NCBI GenBank assembly: GCA_043739165.1
Contig: JAYUEP010000082.1
Coordinates: forward strand, 1 to 50,781
DNA length: 50,781 nucleotides
From: Hyphomicrobiales bacterium
GTDB lineage: Bacteria; Pseudomonadota; Alphaproteobacteria; Rhizobiales; Aestuariivirgaceae
Reading direction: 5' to 3'
A program made the position numbers and the translations under genes. Below, in pieces: positions 20,715 to 31,637 of this stretch. Position 1 is the first letter of the stretch. Each line of letters opens with the position of its first letter. The notes below the pieces were generated by a model. That model was not told where the DNA came from. It did not search any database and was given only the letters and a program-made list of their open reading frames with translations.

Positions 20715-21716
20715 CTAAATAATCTCATCTTCATCCGGCACGGCCTGAATGGCGGCGCGGGCTTTGGGTTTCAGCCTTGCGATGTGGAACAACGCGTCCC
20801 CCCGGTTCACAATCGGCAAATTGGTGCGGCCGATGATCATGCCGGCATCTTCGGCAACAACGGAAGTTGGGCTCTCGCCCAAGGGTCCGGTGATCACACC
20901 CACATCTTCGCCCGCCGCAACCCTGTCTCCGGCCCGGCGCAAGGAATGTAGAATGCCGCCTTCGGGCGCGCGCAGCCAGGAGCTGGAACTTGAATGGAAA
21001 CTTGCGGCATGGGGAGGAGCACCCGGTGCTGTCTCAATCATGCCGATGGACTTCAGCAAGCGAAGGGTGCCTTGCACAGCCGTATCAATGGCCATTTCGT
21101 CAAAGCGCAACGCTTCGCCGCCTTCATAAAGCAGCATTTGCACGCCCGCGCTCAAGGCCGCCTTGCGTAAACTTCCCTCGCGCAACTTCGCTGTTAAGAT
21201 AACAGGTGGCGCAAAAGCCTCCGCCAAGGCCATGAGTTTCTTGTCATCAGGCGCCAAGCGAATTTGTGGCAGGTTTCTACGGTGTAGTGCTGCCGTATGA
21301 TAATCAATACCAAATTGCGCGCGCTGGACGACCTGCACGAAAAACAAATCGGCCAACAGTGAAGCCAGCGAACCGCGATCCGAACCTGGAAAAGAACGAT
21401 TCAAATCGCGCCGATCCGGCAAATAGCGAGAATGGGTGAGAAAGCCGAAACTGTTGACAATGGGCACGGCGAGAATGGTGCCTGAAATCTCTACACCCTT
21501 CAGCGCGGCAAGAACCCGGCGGATGATTTCAACGCCCTGAATCTCGTCGCCATGGATTGCACCAGACATGAAGAAACATGGCCCCGGCTTTTGGCCATGA
21601 GAGACTTGAACGGGCAAATTCAGTCGCGTGCTATTGGCCAGAACCGAAACTTCCAGCTCAATCATTTCCGTGCTGCCGGGCGCAATCTTTGCTCCGCCAA
21701 ACTCAAACGCCTTCAT
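20715..21716 (-). CDS. Succinylglutamate desuccinylase/aspartoacylase (M14-like) family protein
   Basis: [21 protein letters not shown]; C-terminal biotinyl-like hairpin. Confidence 0.9.
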   Translation of the reverse strand: MKAFEFGGAKIAPGSTEMIELEVSVLANSTRLNLPVQVSHGQKPGPCFFMSGAIHGDEIQGVEIIRRVLAALKGVEISGTILAVPIVNSFGFLTHSRYLPDRRDLNRSFPGSDRGSLASLLADLFFVQVVQRAQFGIDYHTAALHRRNLPQIRLAPDDKKLMALAEAFAPPVILTAKLREGSLRKAALSAGVQMLLYEGGEALRFDEMAIDTAVQGTLRLLKSIGMIETAPGAPPHAASFHSSSSSWLRAPEGGILHSLRRAGDRVAAGEDVGVITGPLGESPTSVVAEDAGMIIGRTNLPIVNRGDALFHIARLKPKARAAIQAVPDEDEII

Positions 21717-22618
21717 CCTTTACCCCGTGTTCTGGTATGGCCCGGCCTGGCAGCGCGTTCCAGAAATTCAATCATCGCCTTGGCCACATCCTTGCCCGAG
21801 GCCTCTTCAATGCCTTCGAGCCCAGGCGATGAATTGACTTCCATCACCACCGGCCCGACTTTGGCACGTAGCATGTCCACACCTGCTACATTGAGCCCCA
21901 TGCTTTGTGCAGCCTTGAGTGCCGTGGTCTTTTCCGCAGGTGTAAGCGTCGTGACTGCTGCCGTGCCACCGCGGTGCAGATTGGAGCGAAACTCGCCCTT
22001 GGGGCCCGTGCGTTCCATCGCCGCGACAATTTTGCGGCCCACGACGAAGGCGCGGATATCGCGGCCCTCTGCTTCCGAGATAAATTCCTGCACCAGAATG
22101 TTGACATTGGCACCGTGAAACGCTTCGACGACCGACTTGGCTGACTTATGCGTTTCGCCCAACACGACGCCAATGCCCTGTGTACCTTCCAGCAACTTGA
22201 TTACCACGGGCGCGCCGCCGACGAGGGCCAGAATTTCCTCGGTGCGCTGTGCATCATTGGCAAAAGCTGTAGCGGGAAGCCCCACCCCATCACGCGCCAA
22301 GAGTTGCAGGGAGCGCAGCTTGTCGCGGCTGCGGCCGATTGCGACGCTTTCATTTAGGGGATAAACCCCCATCATCTCAAATTGCCGAAGCACCGCAAGG
22401 CCGTAAAACGTATGCGAGGCGGCGATGCGCGGGATCACTGCGTCAAAGCCTTCGAGCTTCTCGCCCATGTAGCGCAGCTCGGGCTTGCGTGAGGTGATGT
22501 TCATGTAGCAGCGCAGATAATCAATCGGCACAATCTCATGCCCGCGTCCCACGGCAGTTTCCATGATCCGCTGGTGCGAATAAAGTTTCGGGTTCCGGGT
22601 GAGCAGAGCGATTTTCAT
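21713..22618 (-). CDS. rimK: RimK alpha-L-glutamate ligase
   Basis: [48 protein letters not shown]. Confidence 0.95.
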   Translation of the reverse strand: MKIALLTRNPKLYSHQRIMETAVGRGHEIVPIDYLRCYMNITSRKPELRYMGEKLEGFDAVIPRIAASHTFYGLAVLRQFEMMGVYPLNESVAIGRSRDKLRSLQLLARDGVGLPATAFANDAQRTEEILALVGGAPVVIKLLEGTQGIGVVLGETHKSAKSVVEAFHGANVNILVQEFISEAEGRDIRAFVVGRKIVAAMERTGPKGEFRSNLHRGGTAAVTTLTPAEKTTALKAAQSMGLNVAGVDMLRAKVGPVVMEVNSSPGLEGIEEASGKDVAKAMIEFLERAARPGHTRTRGKG

Positions 22619-23043
22619 GGCCGCGCCTTCTTGGGGCGTAACAGGAAGCTGCGTGCTGGCTGAACCAGAAAATGGCCCCGGATCGCTTCGCGCCCCAGCA
22701 GCATGGGAACCCCCATGTCACGCCGATCCGTCAACGTGATGGAAGTAAAAAAACGATGCGTGCCTACTTCAACCACGGTTTCAACAACGGGTCTCATCTC
22801 ACTGAAACCATTTGAACTTTTGATACGCTTTACATCCACCAAGCGCATTTCATGCCAACGGCTGCCGAGCTTGAAGGAAACCCGTTTGCCCGAAATCGCA
22901 ATTGTATCCGCATGGAGCGCCGAGGTGCGCGCGCCCGTATCAATCTTGGCATGAATGCGCACGCCACCCAATTCAGGCAAGTGCACTTCCTCTTTCCAAC
23001 CGATGAGAGGAATGGGATATGTTGTGGGACGAAGCGCCGTCAT
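22615..23043 (-). CDS. RimK-associated retropepsin-like protease (RimB-like)
   Basis: [30 protein letters not shown]. Confidence 0.88.
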   Translation of the reverse strand: MTALRPTTYPIPLIGWKEEVHLPELGGVRIHAKIDTGARTSALHADTIAISGKRVSFKLGSRWHEMRLVDVKRIKSSNGFSEMRPVVETVVEVGTHRFFTSITLTDRRDMGVPMLLGREAIRGHFLVQPARSFLLRPKKARP

Positions 23044-23104
23044 GGTCAGACGTTAGTGCGATGGATTGTGAAAGCCAAGCCGTCTTGCAGTTTAGGAGTT
23101 GGGG

Positions 23105-23746
23105 ATGAAAAACATTGTTATTGGGGCCGTCATCTTCCTCGCTTTGGCGGCGGGTATTTCCGCCTTCAACATTGTCAATGGCCTACCGGGTGGGACGGTG
23201 TTGACCGCCGCTGAAAAAGCCAGTTGCGGCCTGTCGGTTGCCGTCACTGAGGGGCCTTACTATGTTTTTGGTACAGCAGCGCTGGAGGACGGCAATCTCA
23301 ACGCCACTCAGTTGGCCGGAACGCCCATCCAAATCTCCGGTCACATTTATGAGGGCCTCGACATCTCTAAGCCCGTGGCCAACGCCAAGATCGAAATCTG
23401 GCATGCAGACGCCTCTGGCTCTTATCACCCCAACAACAACGGCCCGGCTGCAAATTACAAACCGGGAGACATTGCCCTTCGTGGCTTCATCACGACGGAT
23501 GCCAGTGGCGCCTATAGTTTCACCTCAATCTATCCCGGCGAATATACGGGACGCACGCGGCACATTCACTTCAAGATCACGGCAGGGACAAAAAGCCTGA
23601 CCACCCAACTCATCATCCCATCACTGATCGGAGACAAGCTCACCTTCGATGATGACACTATTGCCCAAGGTCTACCCACGTGCGCGCTGTTGAAGTTCGA
23701 CACCAGCGCAACGCCGCAAACGGCCAGCTTTGATTTCAGGCTGTAA
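23105..23746 (+). CDS. Exported intradiol dioxygenase-like protein
   Basis: N-terminal signal/TM; TEGPYY, EIWHADASG.Y, LRG, PGEY.GRTRHIHFK. Confidence 0.8.
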   Translation: MKNIVIGAVIFLALAAGISAFNIVNGLPGGTVLTAAEKASCGLSVAVTEGPYYVFGTAALEDGNLNATQLAGTPIQISGHIYEGLDISKPVANAKIEIWHADASGSYHPNNNGPAANYKPGDIALRGFITTDASGAYSFTSIYPGEYTGRTRHIHFKITAGTKSLTTQLIIPSLIGDKLTFDDDTIAQGLPTCALLKFDTSATPQTASFDFRL

Positions 23747-24908
23747 ATCGCCGCCGCGCGCCGCCTTTGAAATCAAGCATCACGATGGCGGCACAACCGC
23801 CCAAAACCAGCAGCGCCATGGCAACGGCGGCGCCAGCATAGGCATAGGCAAGGCCGATGGCAGCAAACACTACCGCCGCCAGCCCGCGTGAGACGACGCT
23901 GATGATGGACAGAAGTGATGTGGCAAGGCCGGGCCTTTCGGGCAAAAGCTCCTGCACATAGCTCATGTGCAAGGTGAGCAGAACCGAAGCACCTACGGCA
24001 TTGAGAGCCGCCAGCACATAGAGGGCATGAACGCTTGAAACTGTGCCAAGGTACAAGAGATAGGTGATGTGACTGAGCCCACCCACCGCCACCAGCACCC
24101 AGGTGTGCCACTGGCGGTTCAATGCTGCGGCCAGCAGCATGAAGGGGATTTCAAGTGCGGCGACCACGCCGGCCAGAATGCCCACATCCGCCGTCGAGCC
24201 ATGCGGCAGGCTGGTGATCAGCAGCGGCAGCAAGGCAGCATTGAGGGGATGCGGCCCCTGAATGAACGAAAGCGCCATCACCCGCTTGAACACGCGGTCC
24301 TCAAATATCAGCGCGAAGGCCTCGCGCAGCCCGACCAATCCTCCCCGCCCGCTGGCCTCACTGCGCCCGCCAGAAGGGCCGAATGTGGCGTAAAACGCAA
24401 GGCACAGGGCAAAGGCGAGGGCCGCAACGGCAAAACTGTCCGACACATTGTTGCGTGTGGCGATGAAAAACCCAACCAGCCCCGGCACCAGAATCCACGA
24501 TAGCGCATAGAAGGCGCGAATGGCGGAATTGATCGAGGCGGCCTCTCGCGGGCCGTGTTCAGCGGTGATGGCGCGCACCACTGCAAAAAGCTGTGAATAG
24601 GTGCTGCCGGAAATCGGCATCACCAGCAGCAGGCAAATCAGAAAAGTCGTGAGGCTGGGAAAAAGGGCGAAAATGCCAAATCCCAATGCGCCTGTGCCAA
24701 GTGTAAAAAGTATTGCGGTTTTGCGGTTGCTTGCAAAGTCAGAGAAATGCCCAAAGAGCAGGTTGCCGATCATCCCTGTTAGACCCACGGCGAAAATCAG
24801 CAACCCCATCTGCGCTTCGGAAAGCCCAAGCTGATTGATGCCAATGATCGACTGATAGGGAAAGGTTGAGGCATAGGTAAAGCCGAGCAGCAACAGCGCG
24901 ACAGCCAC
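23736..24908 (-). CDS. MFS transporter, sugar-efflux (SET)-like
   Basis: About 12 TM segments; PYQS, LEIPFM, Q.L.P.RPG.ATS motifs; true start uncertain. Confidence 0.75.
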   Translation of the reverse strand: MAVALLLLGFTYASTFPYQSIIGINQLGLSEAQMGLLIFAVGLTGMIGNLLFGHFSDFASNRKTAILFTLGTGALGFGIFALFPSLTTFLICLLLVMPISGSTYSQLFAVVRAITAEHGPREAASINSAIRAFYALSWILVPGLVGFFIATRNNVSDSFAVAALAFALCLAFYATFGPSGGRSEASGRGGLVGLREAFALIFEDRVFKRVMALSFIQGPHPLNAALLPLLITSLPHGSTADVGILAGVVAALEIPFMLLAAALNRQWHTWVLVAVGGLSHITYLLYLGTVSSVHALYVLAALNAVGASVLLTLHMSYVQELLPERPGLATSLLSIISVVSRGLAAVVFAAIGLAYAYAGAAVAMALLVLGGCAAIVMLDFKGGARRRFTA

Positions 24909-24960
24909 ACTGCGAATGCGCGCATCTTCAATGGATTTGAAAATGGCTTGCCAAATGGCG

Positions 24961-26007
24961 CTAGGGCCTTATCATCGTTATGCCACTTCCTTCAAACTTG
25001 TCCATGGCCATGAGCGCGGCGGGCGCTTCATCAAGACTGATTCGCCGCGTGATCAGATTTTGCGGCGCCAACGCGCCGCGCTGGATCATCGCCAGCATCT
25101 CGGGGTAGCGATGCGCTTGCATGCCATGGCTGCCGTAAATCTCCAACTCATGCGAAACCACCTTCGACATTGGAATCTCCGGTGTGGCATGTTCGCCTAA
25201 CATCAGGCCCACCTGCACATGCCGCCCGCGCCGCTTGAGGCAAGAGATGGAATTGAAACTGGTGATCGGGCTGCCTAGTGCGTCGATGGAAAGATGCGCG
25301 CCACCTTTTGAAAGTTCCCGAACAGCTTGCACCACGTCTGCCACCTTGTTGGCGTTGACCACCTTTTCTGCGCCCATTGCCTTGGCGCGCTCCAACTTGG
25401 CGTCATCAATATCAATCGCAATCACCACGCCGCCCAGCGCCGCAGCTATCATGATCGCCGACAAGCCAACGCCGCCGCAGCCATGCACAGCGACAACCTC
25501 GCCGCCACGCAATCGGCCTTGATCGACCACGGCGCGGAACGATGTGGCAAAGCGGCAGCCCAGCGCCGCTGCCGTTTCAAAACTCATCTCATGCGGAAGC
25601 CGCACCACATTGGCGTCGGCAAAATCCAGCGCCACATATTCCGCATAGGAGCCCCAGGCCGTAAAACCCGGCTGAAATTGGTTTTCGCAAACCTGCTGGT
25701 TGCCACTGGCGCATTCAGCGCAGTGGCCGCAGCCCGCAACGAAAGGCACCGTCACTCGGTCCCCCGTTTTGAAATTGCGAATGTCAGCGCCCACCGCAAC
25801 GATAGTACCAGCCAATTCGTGGCCCGGCACATGGGGCAGGCGAATGTCCGCGTCATGGCCTTGCCAGCCATGCCAATCACTGCGGCAAAGGCCCGTGGCT
25901 TCAACCTTTACCACCACGCCGCCACGAGCCGGTGCTGGATCAGGCAAGGTGGCAATCACTGGCGGCTGCTGAAACTGCTCATAATAAACGGCGCGCATCT
26001 GACTCAC
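24961..26007 (-). CDS. Zinc-dependent alcohol dehydrogenase
   Basis: GLCRSD, GHE, CGHCAEC..C, GCGGVG. Confidence 0.92.
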   Translation of the reverse strand: MSQMRAVYYEQFQQPPVIATLPDPAPARGGVVVKVEATGLCRSDWHGWQGHDADIRLPHVPGHELAGTIVAVGADIRNFKTGDRVTVPFVAGCGHCAECASGNQQVCENQFQPGFTAWGSYAEYVALDFADANVVRLPHEMSFETAAALGCRFATSFRAVVDQGRLRGGEVVAVHGCGGVGLSAIMIAAALGGVVIAIDIDDAKLERAKAMGAEKVVNANKVADVVQAVRELSKGGAHLSIDALGSPITSFNSISCLKRRGRHVQVGLMLGEHATPEIPMSKVVSHELEIYGSHGMQAHRYPEMLAMIQRGALAPQNLITRRISLDEAPAALMAMDKFEGSGITMIRP

Positions 26008-27050
26008 GCGCCCCAGGTTTCTTGGAGCAACCGCACCCAGTTTTCATGGGTGATCTTGGCAATCAGCCTCTCACCAAAGCCAGCTTCACGCATGGCATCA
26101 ACAACGCGAGGTAAACCACTGACATCATGAATGAAATCAGGGATGTGCGCGCCATCAAAATCAGAGCCGAGGCCGACACAATCTTCGCCTGCCAATTTGA
26201 TCATGTGTTCAAGATGGCGGATCAGAACTTCAGGCGCGATGGCTGTTGAGATCGAGCCATCGGTTTGAAGAAAGTCGATGGCATAGTTGAGGCCCACCAT
26301 GCCCCGGCTTTCGCCAATGCCGCGCAATTGCTCGTCGAGAAGGTTGCGCGCGGAAGGCGTCAAGGCGTGGCAATTGCTGTGCGTTGCCACCAGCGGCGCA
26401 GAGCTGATATTTGCCACATCCCAAAATCCTTTAAGGTTCATGTGTGAAAGATCAATCATGATGCGTTTGGTGTTGCAGGCACGGATCAGGTCTTTGCCCT
26501 CCGCCGTCAACCCAGCACCGGTGTCCGGTGATGATGGCCAAGCGAAAGGCACGCCTTCGCCAAACACATTGGGCCTGCTCCACACCGGCCCGATAGAGCG
26601 CAGGCCCAGCGCATGAAGTTCATCAAGCTCGGAAAGGCCGGGGCCGATTGCCTCCGCCCCTTCCATGTGCAGGATGGCTGCAATGGCTCCATCCGCGCGC
26701 GCCTGTTTGATGTCCTCGACGGTGAGGCAGTGGCGAAAGCCCCGGCCCGGAACTTCCACGACCAGCCGGTGAAACAGGTCCAACATTTCGCGCATTGTCT
26801 TGTCAGCAGATTCATATTCCACCTGCTTATAGGGTGGTGGATTGAGCGTCTGGTGATTGACGGCCAGCCCTCCGCCATCTGACGGCACGAAGACGGCGAA
26901 GAAGCCACCGGCAAAGCCACCATCATGCATGCGCGGCAGATCGAGTTGGCCGCCCTGTTCGCCATCAACAAAACCCAATACGGCTGTAGCAGGGTCTTTC
27001 TGCCACAGCCGGAAGAGAAGGTCGTTATGTCCGTCAAAGACGGGTGCCAC
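26004..27050 (-). CDS. Membrane dipeptidase (M19) family
   Basis: DGHND, HMEG, DLSH, THSN, GSDFDG. Confidence 0.92.
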   Translation of the reverse strand: MAPVFDGHNDLLFRLWQKDPATAVLGFVDGEQGGQLDLPRMHDGGFAGGFFAVFVPSDGGGLAVNHQTLNPPPYKQVEYESADKTMREMLDLFHRLVVEVPGRGFRHCLTVEDIKQARADGAIAAILHMEGAEAIGPGLSELDELHALGLRSIGPVWSRPNVFGEGVPFAWPSSPDTGAGLTAEGKDLIRACNTKRIMIDLSHMNLKGFWDVANISSAPLVATHSNCHALTPSARNLLDEQLRGIGESRGMVGLNYAIDFLQTDGSISTAIAPEVLIRHLEHMIKLAGEDCVGLGSDFDGAHIPDFIHDVSGLPRVVDAMREAGFGERLIAKITHENWVRLLQETWGA

Positions 27051-27052
27051 AA

Positions 27053-27652
27053 TCAGGCCGAAGCAAACATCTGTTCGACATATTCCCAGTTCACCAGATT
27101 ATCGACAAAGGCTTCAAGGTATTTCTGACGGGCGTTGCGGTAGTCAATGTAATAGCTGTGTTCCCACACATCGCAGCCGAGGATGGGCGAAGCACCATGC
27201 ATCAGCGGGTTTTCGCCGTTGGGTGTCTTGCTGATCGAAAGCTTACCATCCTTTTTGACAATCCAGCACCAACCGGAACCAAATTGCGTCAGGCCTGCTT
27301 GCACAAAATCAGCGCGCATCTTGTCATAACCACCGAGATCGGCATCAATCGCCTTTTGCAGCGCGGCAGGAATCTTCTTGCCGCCGCCATTTGGCTTCAT
27401 CCAGTTCCAGAAATGATTGTGGTTGTAATGCTGGCCCACGTTGTTGATCAGTCCCTGGGCCTTGTCGGCAAAGGCAACTCTGCAAATGTCTTCGATGGAA
27501 GCAGTGGCCAACGGCGAATCCTTCAACAGGTTGTTGCCATTGGTCACATAGGCCATGTGATGCTTGTCGTGGTGAAACTCCAGGGTTTCCTTCGACATAT
27601 ATGGGCCCAATGCGTCATAGGCATAGGGCAGGGCGGGCAGTTCAAGAGCCAT
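27053..27652 (-). CDS. sodB: Superoxide dismutase (Fe/Mn family, probably Fe)
   Basis: HHDKHH, NNVGQHYNH, FGSGW, DVWEHSYY. Confidence 0.93.
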   Translation of the reverse strand: MALELPALPYAYDALGPYMSKETLEFHHDKHHMAYVTNGNNLLKDSPLATASIEDICRVAFADKAQGLINNVGQHYNHNHFWNWMKPNGGGKKIPAALQKAIDADLGGYDKMRADFVQAGLTQFGSGWCWIVKKDGKLSISKTPNGENPLMHGASPILGCDVWEHSYYIDYRNARQKYLEAFVDNLVNWEYVEQMFASA

Positions 27653-27731
27653 CTTTTTTCTCCATTGTTTGATGGAGATTATCTAGGCGCTTGAATGCCC
27701 ACTTGCAAGAAAAGCAACGCAGATTGCTCCC

Positions 27732-28127
27732 TCACATATGGCGGATCAGACCCTCGCAAATGATCATCACCACCAGGCAGGCAATCCAATAACCTGCATC
27801 GACATAGCGTGCATAGGCCGATTTACCGCTGAAACTTCCGCCTGAATAACCGAGGACGGCGAAAGCCACCGTCGCCAGGATCACTGTATAAAGGGCGGAC
27901 GATACGGCCGTCACACCCACAAACCAGCTCATCAGCAGCAAGCCGATCGCCTGTGACGCCATGGCACCGGCTGGCATCTGGTCCCCCGAGCCCATCTTCA
28001 CGCCCGAACCCGCCGCCCATTTTTCGCCAAACAATTTGGGCGAATACCACAGCCAGCCCAGCAAAAATGAAACCACTGCGCCAGCGATCACGGCAAGCCA
28101 GCTCACACCATTTGTTATTTCAGCCAT
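27732..28127 (-). CDS. DUF1761 family membrane protein
   Basis: WLAVI.GA..SF.LGWLWYSPKLFG..W motif; 4 TM segments. Confidence 0.8.
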   Translation of the reverse strand: MAEITNGVSWLAVIAGAVVSFLLGWLWYSPKLFGEKWAAGSGVKMGSGDQMPAGAMASQAIGLLLMSWFVGVTAVSSALYTVILATVAFAVLGYSGGSFSGKSAYARYVDAGYWIACLVVMIICEGLIRHM

Positions 28128-28259
28128 TTGTTTCTCCCATGCTATCCGCTTAATGCGAATTTCCAAAGACGCTAACACGCAGCCAGGGGATTGTCACGCC
28201 GATGGCACCATTCGGGCCAATACCACTAGCCGAAGTTGCGTTGCATCGTTGCACCTTAT

Positions 28260-29777
28260 TCAAGCTCTGGTTTGTTGCTCTCGCACAAACGTGGTGATCG
28301 CTTCCAGAAACACCGCACCGAACTGATCCTGCTTGGCAGCACCCACGCCGTGCACTTCGCCGAAATCCCAGCGTGTCAGCGGTTTCCGGGTGGCCATGTC
28401 GATGAGTGATTTATCGGAGAAGATCACATATGCCGCAACGCCGCGTGCCTTGGCAAGCTTCATGCGCAGGGCCTTGAGCTGTACCAACAACGCCTCACCG
28501 CGCGCATCGATGCCTTGGGCATATTCGGCGTTGCGCCTGCTGCGCTCGGCCCGCCTCGAAACAGGAGCAGCAGTTTGATCCAACGTGCCATAACCCAGAC
28601 AGCCGTCGCAATTGTTGCAGGGCTGAGAGCCTTCACCAAAATAAGCCAGCAACACTTGCCGCCGACAGGAAGTGACTTCGCAATAGTTGACCAAGGCGCG
28701 CAATCGCCGGTGTTGCAGTTTAACGGCGTTTTCTGCGCCACCTTCCTGATCAATGAATTTGCGGCGCATCACCACGTCCTGCATGCCGAAAATCATATGC
28801 GCATCCGCCGCCTCACCATCGCGGCCCGCGCGGCCAATTTCCTGGTAATAGGAATCGAGATTGCCTGGCAGGTCAGCGTGAAACACAAAGCGCACGTCTG
28901 GCTTATCGATGCCCATGCCAAAGGCAATGGTGGCGCAAACCACAATGCCTTTCTCGGCCATGAAAATATTCTGGTTTTCAGCCCGTGCCTCCGCCGACAT
29001 GCCCGCATGATAGGGCAAAGCCTTGAAGCCTTCGTCTTTCAAAAATGCCGCCCATTCCTCCGTCTTCTTGCGCGACAGCGCATAGACAATGCCGCTGTCG
29101 CCACGATGCTCTTGCATGAAAGCCAGCAATTGCTTCTTGCTATTGGCCTTGCGTTCGACGGTCAGCTTGATATTGGGACGATCAAAGCCTGAAACAAAAA
29201 CTTCCGCCTTGCCTCCGAAAAGTTTCGCCACCATGTCGCGCCGGGTTGTCTCATCCGCCGTGGCGGTGAAGGCCCCAATTGGCACCCCGGGGAAGGACGA
29301 TTTCAAATTCTGCAAGGCGTCATATTCCGGCCGGAAGGAAGCGCCCCATTGCGAAATGCAATGTGCCTCATCCACCGCGATCATGGCGACATTCAAGCGT
29401 TGCAAGGCACTGATCATGCGCTCTGTCATCAGGCGCTCAGGTGCCAGATAAAGAATGCGCACGACGCCTGATGCCACCCGTTGCCAGATTTCCACGTTCT
29501 CTTCGCGCGAGGCGGCGGAGTTGATGGTCTCAGCCGCAACGCCCGCCAGTTTCAACGCGGCCACTTGATCCTGCATCAAAGCCACCAAAGGTGAAACGAC
29601 GATGGTGAGAGCATTTTTGACAAGCGCGGGGATTTGAAAGCAAAGCGACTTGCCAGCCCCCGTGGGCATCACTGCGAGAACATTGCGCCCCGCCAGCAAG
29701 TGATCCACAATCGCTTCCTGCCCGGGCCGAAAGCTGTCATAGCCGAACACATCTCTGAGAATTTTGTATTTCGGCAA
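28260..29777 (-). CDS. recQ: RecQ helicase (helicase core, Zn-binding, HRDC; winged helix apparently absent)
   Basis: MPTGAGKS, DEAHCISQWG, AFGMGIDKPDVR, QEIGRAGRDG, CRR..CNNCDGC, C-terminal AYVIFSDKSL HRDC. Confidence 0.92.
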   Translation of the reverse strand: MPKYKILRDVFGYDSFRPGQEAIVDHLLAGRNVLAVMPTGAGKSLCFQIPALVKNALTIVVSPLVALMQDQVAALKLAGVAAETINSAASREENVEIWQRVASGVVRILYLAPERLMTERMISALQRLNVAMIAVDEAHCISQWGASFRPEYDALQNLKSSFPGVPIGAFTATADETTRRDMVAKLFGGKAEVFVSGFDRPNIKLTVERKANSKKQLLAFMQEHRGDSGIVYALSRKKTEEWAAFLKDEGFKALPYHAGMSAEARAENQNIFMAEKGIVVCATIAFGMGIDKPDVRFVFHADLPGNLDSYYQEIGRAGRDGEAADAHMIFGMQDVVMRRKFIDQEGGAENAVKLQHRRLRALVNYCEVTSCRRQVLLAYFGEGSQPCNNCDGCLGYGTLDQTAAPVSRRAERSRRNAEYAQGIDARGEALLVQLKALRMKLAKARGVAAYVIFSDKSLIDMATRKPLTRWDFGEVHGVGAAKQDQFGAVFLEAITTFVREQQTRA

Positions 29778-29839
29778 ATCGATGGCTCCGCACGTGTGTG
29801 AGCGGGGCTCATGACATGGCGACAGATTCGCGGCAATGA

Positions 29840-30292
29840 CTAACTCTGGATAGGTACAGCCTTGGCCTCGACAACACCTTTGGCGAAAATCCGCTCAAGT
29901 GTTCCGGTGAGTTTCACCATGTCTGGAACAATCACCAGCCGCGTTATCTTCCCCCGGGAAATATGCGCGACATGCACGCCACGCGCTGATGTTTTAACGC
30001 CGTCTGTGCCGCTGTTGGTTTCCGTCCATTCGACAACGGCAAGCGTCTTCCACTGTGGGCCTTGCACATCGATATGGTGCAAGTCGAAATGAATATCCGG
30101 CACCAATCTGAAAAGCCTTTTATACCAGGCTTCTGTCGCCGCAACGTCACGCCGCGTGCCGCCCAACGCGTGGTCACCGATGAACACATGCTCGAACTTC
30201 TGCGCAAATCCCGCGATGACAGGCTGGGCGTTACCATTGTTGATGGCCTGAAACAAAGTCCGCACTTTGCGGCGAATGATCAAATGATACAT
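29840..30292 (-). CDS. SnoaL-like / NTF2-fold protein
   Basis: 150 aa; HALGG.R....WY.RLF motif and NTF2-like strand pattern. Confidence 0.75.
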   Translation of the reverse strand: MYHLIIRRKVRTLFQAINNGNAQPVIAGFAQKFEHVFIGDHALGGTRRDVAATEAWYKRLFRLVPDIHFDLHHIDVQGPQWKTLAVVEWTETNSGTDGVKTSARGVHVAHISRGKITRLVIVPDMVKLTGTLERIFAKGVVEAKAVPIQS

Positions 30293-30296
30293 CTGC

Positions 30297-31100
30297 CTAA
30301 CCTCTCAGCAAGGGAATACCCATCAGGGCCAGAACAAACGTTGCCGCAGTAAATGCAACACTCAGACCAGCCACCGCATAAACCATCCGTTTGTCACCGC
30401 TCAACGCTGCCAAAGGGATAATTTGCGCTGCATGAAGCCCAATGAAATGCGCCACCCGCAAATCGCCACCCGTGGTCGACCACGAGAAGAAGCCAAGCCC
30501 ATGCGCATCACTCAATTCGCCGCCCACCCAATGGCTGGTCTGGGCGCTCATATAGACCCCTGCCGCCATTCCCACAGCCATACCCAGCATCAGGCCGAGG
30601 CTCGTGGCCTCAGTGATCAAGCTTTGCCCACGCACCCGCCAAACCCGCCACCCGATGAAGAAGGCCGTGGCCGTCAGCGTCAACGCGCCAAACCCCATCA
30701 ATCCGTAAGCGACTTGGGCGGCAATGGAGCTGCTGTTGAAATGCGAGGCCTCAGCCAGTGCCGCGCGGTAAACAATATAGGCCACTTCGCCCCAGCCCGC
30801 GGCGATCATCAACCAGACGGCGATGCGTGTGCCGCGCGATGAAGGGATGAGGGACAGAGCAAAGCTCACCGTGGCATATTGTACCGCGAGCGAGAGAAAG
30901 AACTTCGCTGGCTTGTCCCAAACATCAATGCCATTGAAGCCGCGGGTGTCGAACGCCATCAATCCGCTGCAAACAATGGCACCCAGCGCCATGCCCACAG
31001 TGGAAACCCAAAGCGCCGCATTGCCGCGCCTGATATCTGCGAACAGGCGGGCAATGGGTGAGTTGGAAATGAACTGGCTGTGTTGGGCTGTGGAACTCAT
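30297..31100 (-). CDS. Conserved hypothetical membrane protein
   Basis: Multi-TM; W.KP.KF, SHFN, GDLRVAHFIGLHA.Q motifs; coupled to the DUF4281 gene. Confidence 0.75.
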   Translation of the reverse strand: MSSTAQHSQFISNSPIARLFADIRRGNAALWVSTVGMALGAIVCSGLMAFDTRGFNGIDVWDKPAKFFLSLAVQYATVSFALSLIPSSRGTRIAVWLMIAAGWGEVAYIVYRAALAEASHFNSSSIAAQVAYGLMGFGALTLTATAFFIGWRVWRVRGQSLITEATSLGLMLGMAVGMAAGVYMSAQTSHWVGGELSDAHGLGFFSWSTTGGDLRVAHFIGLHAAQIIPLAALSGDKRMVYAVAGLSVAFTAATFVLALMGIPLLRG

Positions 31101-31531
31101 GCCAACACCTCTTTGTTTAACAGCGCCGCCTTTGCAGCGAAGAAAGTCAAAAGCCCGACAGGACCAAACAGAAAGGTCAGCGGCAAAAGCACAATCAATA
31201 CCAGCCGTACGATGCCAAGACGTAGAACTTCAGCTGTGATCCACGCACCGACGAAGAGATCAAAGGCTAGGTAGTGAACCCAGCCCGCCGTGGCCGCCCA
31301 GGGCGAGGTAAAAAGCAGTTGCACATGGGCCAGTGAGTCAAAACCGCCGGGGGCCGAGCGGAAGAAGAAGATGATGAGCGCCGTGTAGATCGCTGCCAAC
31401 CCCAAGGGCCAGATACGGCCCGCGAGGGTGGTCACATGGAAGTCGTGCCGTAGCAAAGCCCCTGCAGCGAGGACGATCCACCCGATGACCGCGACTCCGC
31501 TGGCCAAAGAAAACACTTGATCAGCCGACAT
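31097..31531 (-). CDS. DUF4281 / ABA4-like membrane protein
   Basis: GWVHYLAFDLFVG and FGPVGLL motifs. Confidence 0.85.
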   Translation of the reverse strand: MSADQVFSLASGVAVIGWIVLAAGALLRHDFHVTTLAGRIWPLGLAAIYTALIIFFFRSAPGGFDSLAHVQLLFTSPWAATAGWVHYLAFDLFVGAWITAEVLRLGIVRLVLIVLLPLTFLFGPVGLLTFFAAKAALLNKEVLA

Positions 31532-31545
31532 AACATCTCCTAAAA

Positions 31546-31610
31546 TTGACACTGTCAACATAATGAACAGATTATGTTGTCATCGTCAAGATATATTTTT
31601 ACGTTGTCAA
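31546..31610. promoter_or_regulatory. Three 13-bp palindromic TetR operator candidates
   Basis: TTGACACTGTCAA (31546-31558, perfect), TTGTCATCGTCAA (31577-31589), TTTACGTTGTCAA (31598-31610), between the divergent DUF4281 operon and tetR. Confidence 0.75.
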
Positions 31611-31637
31611 GATTGATCCAGCCACTTAAACCGGGCT

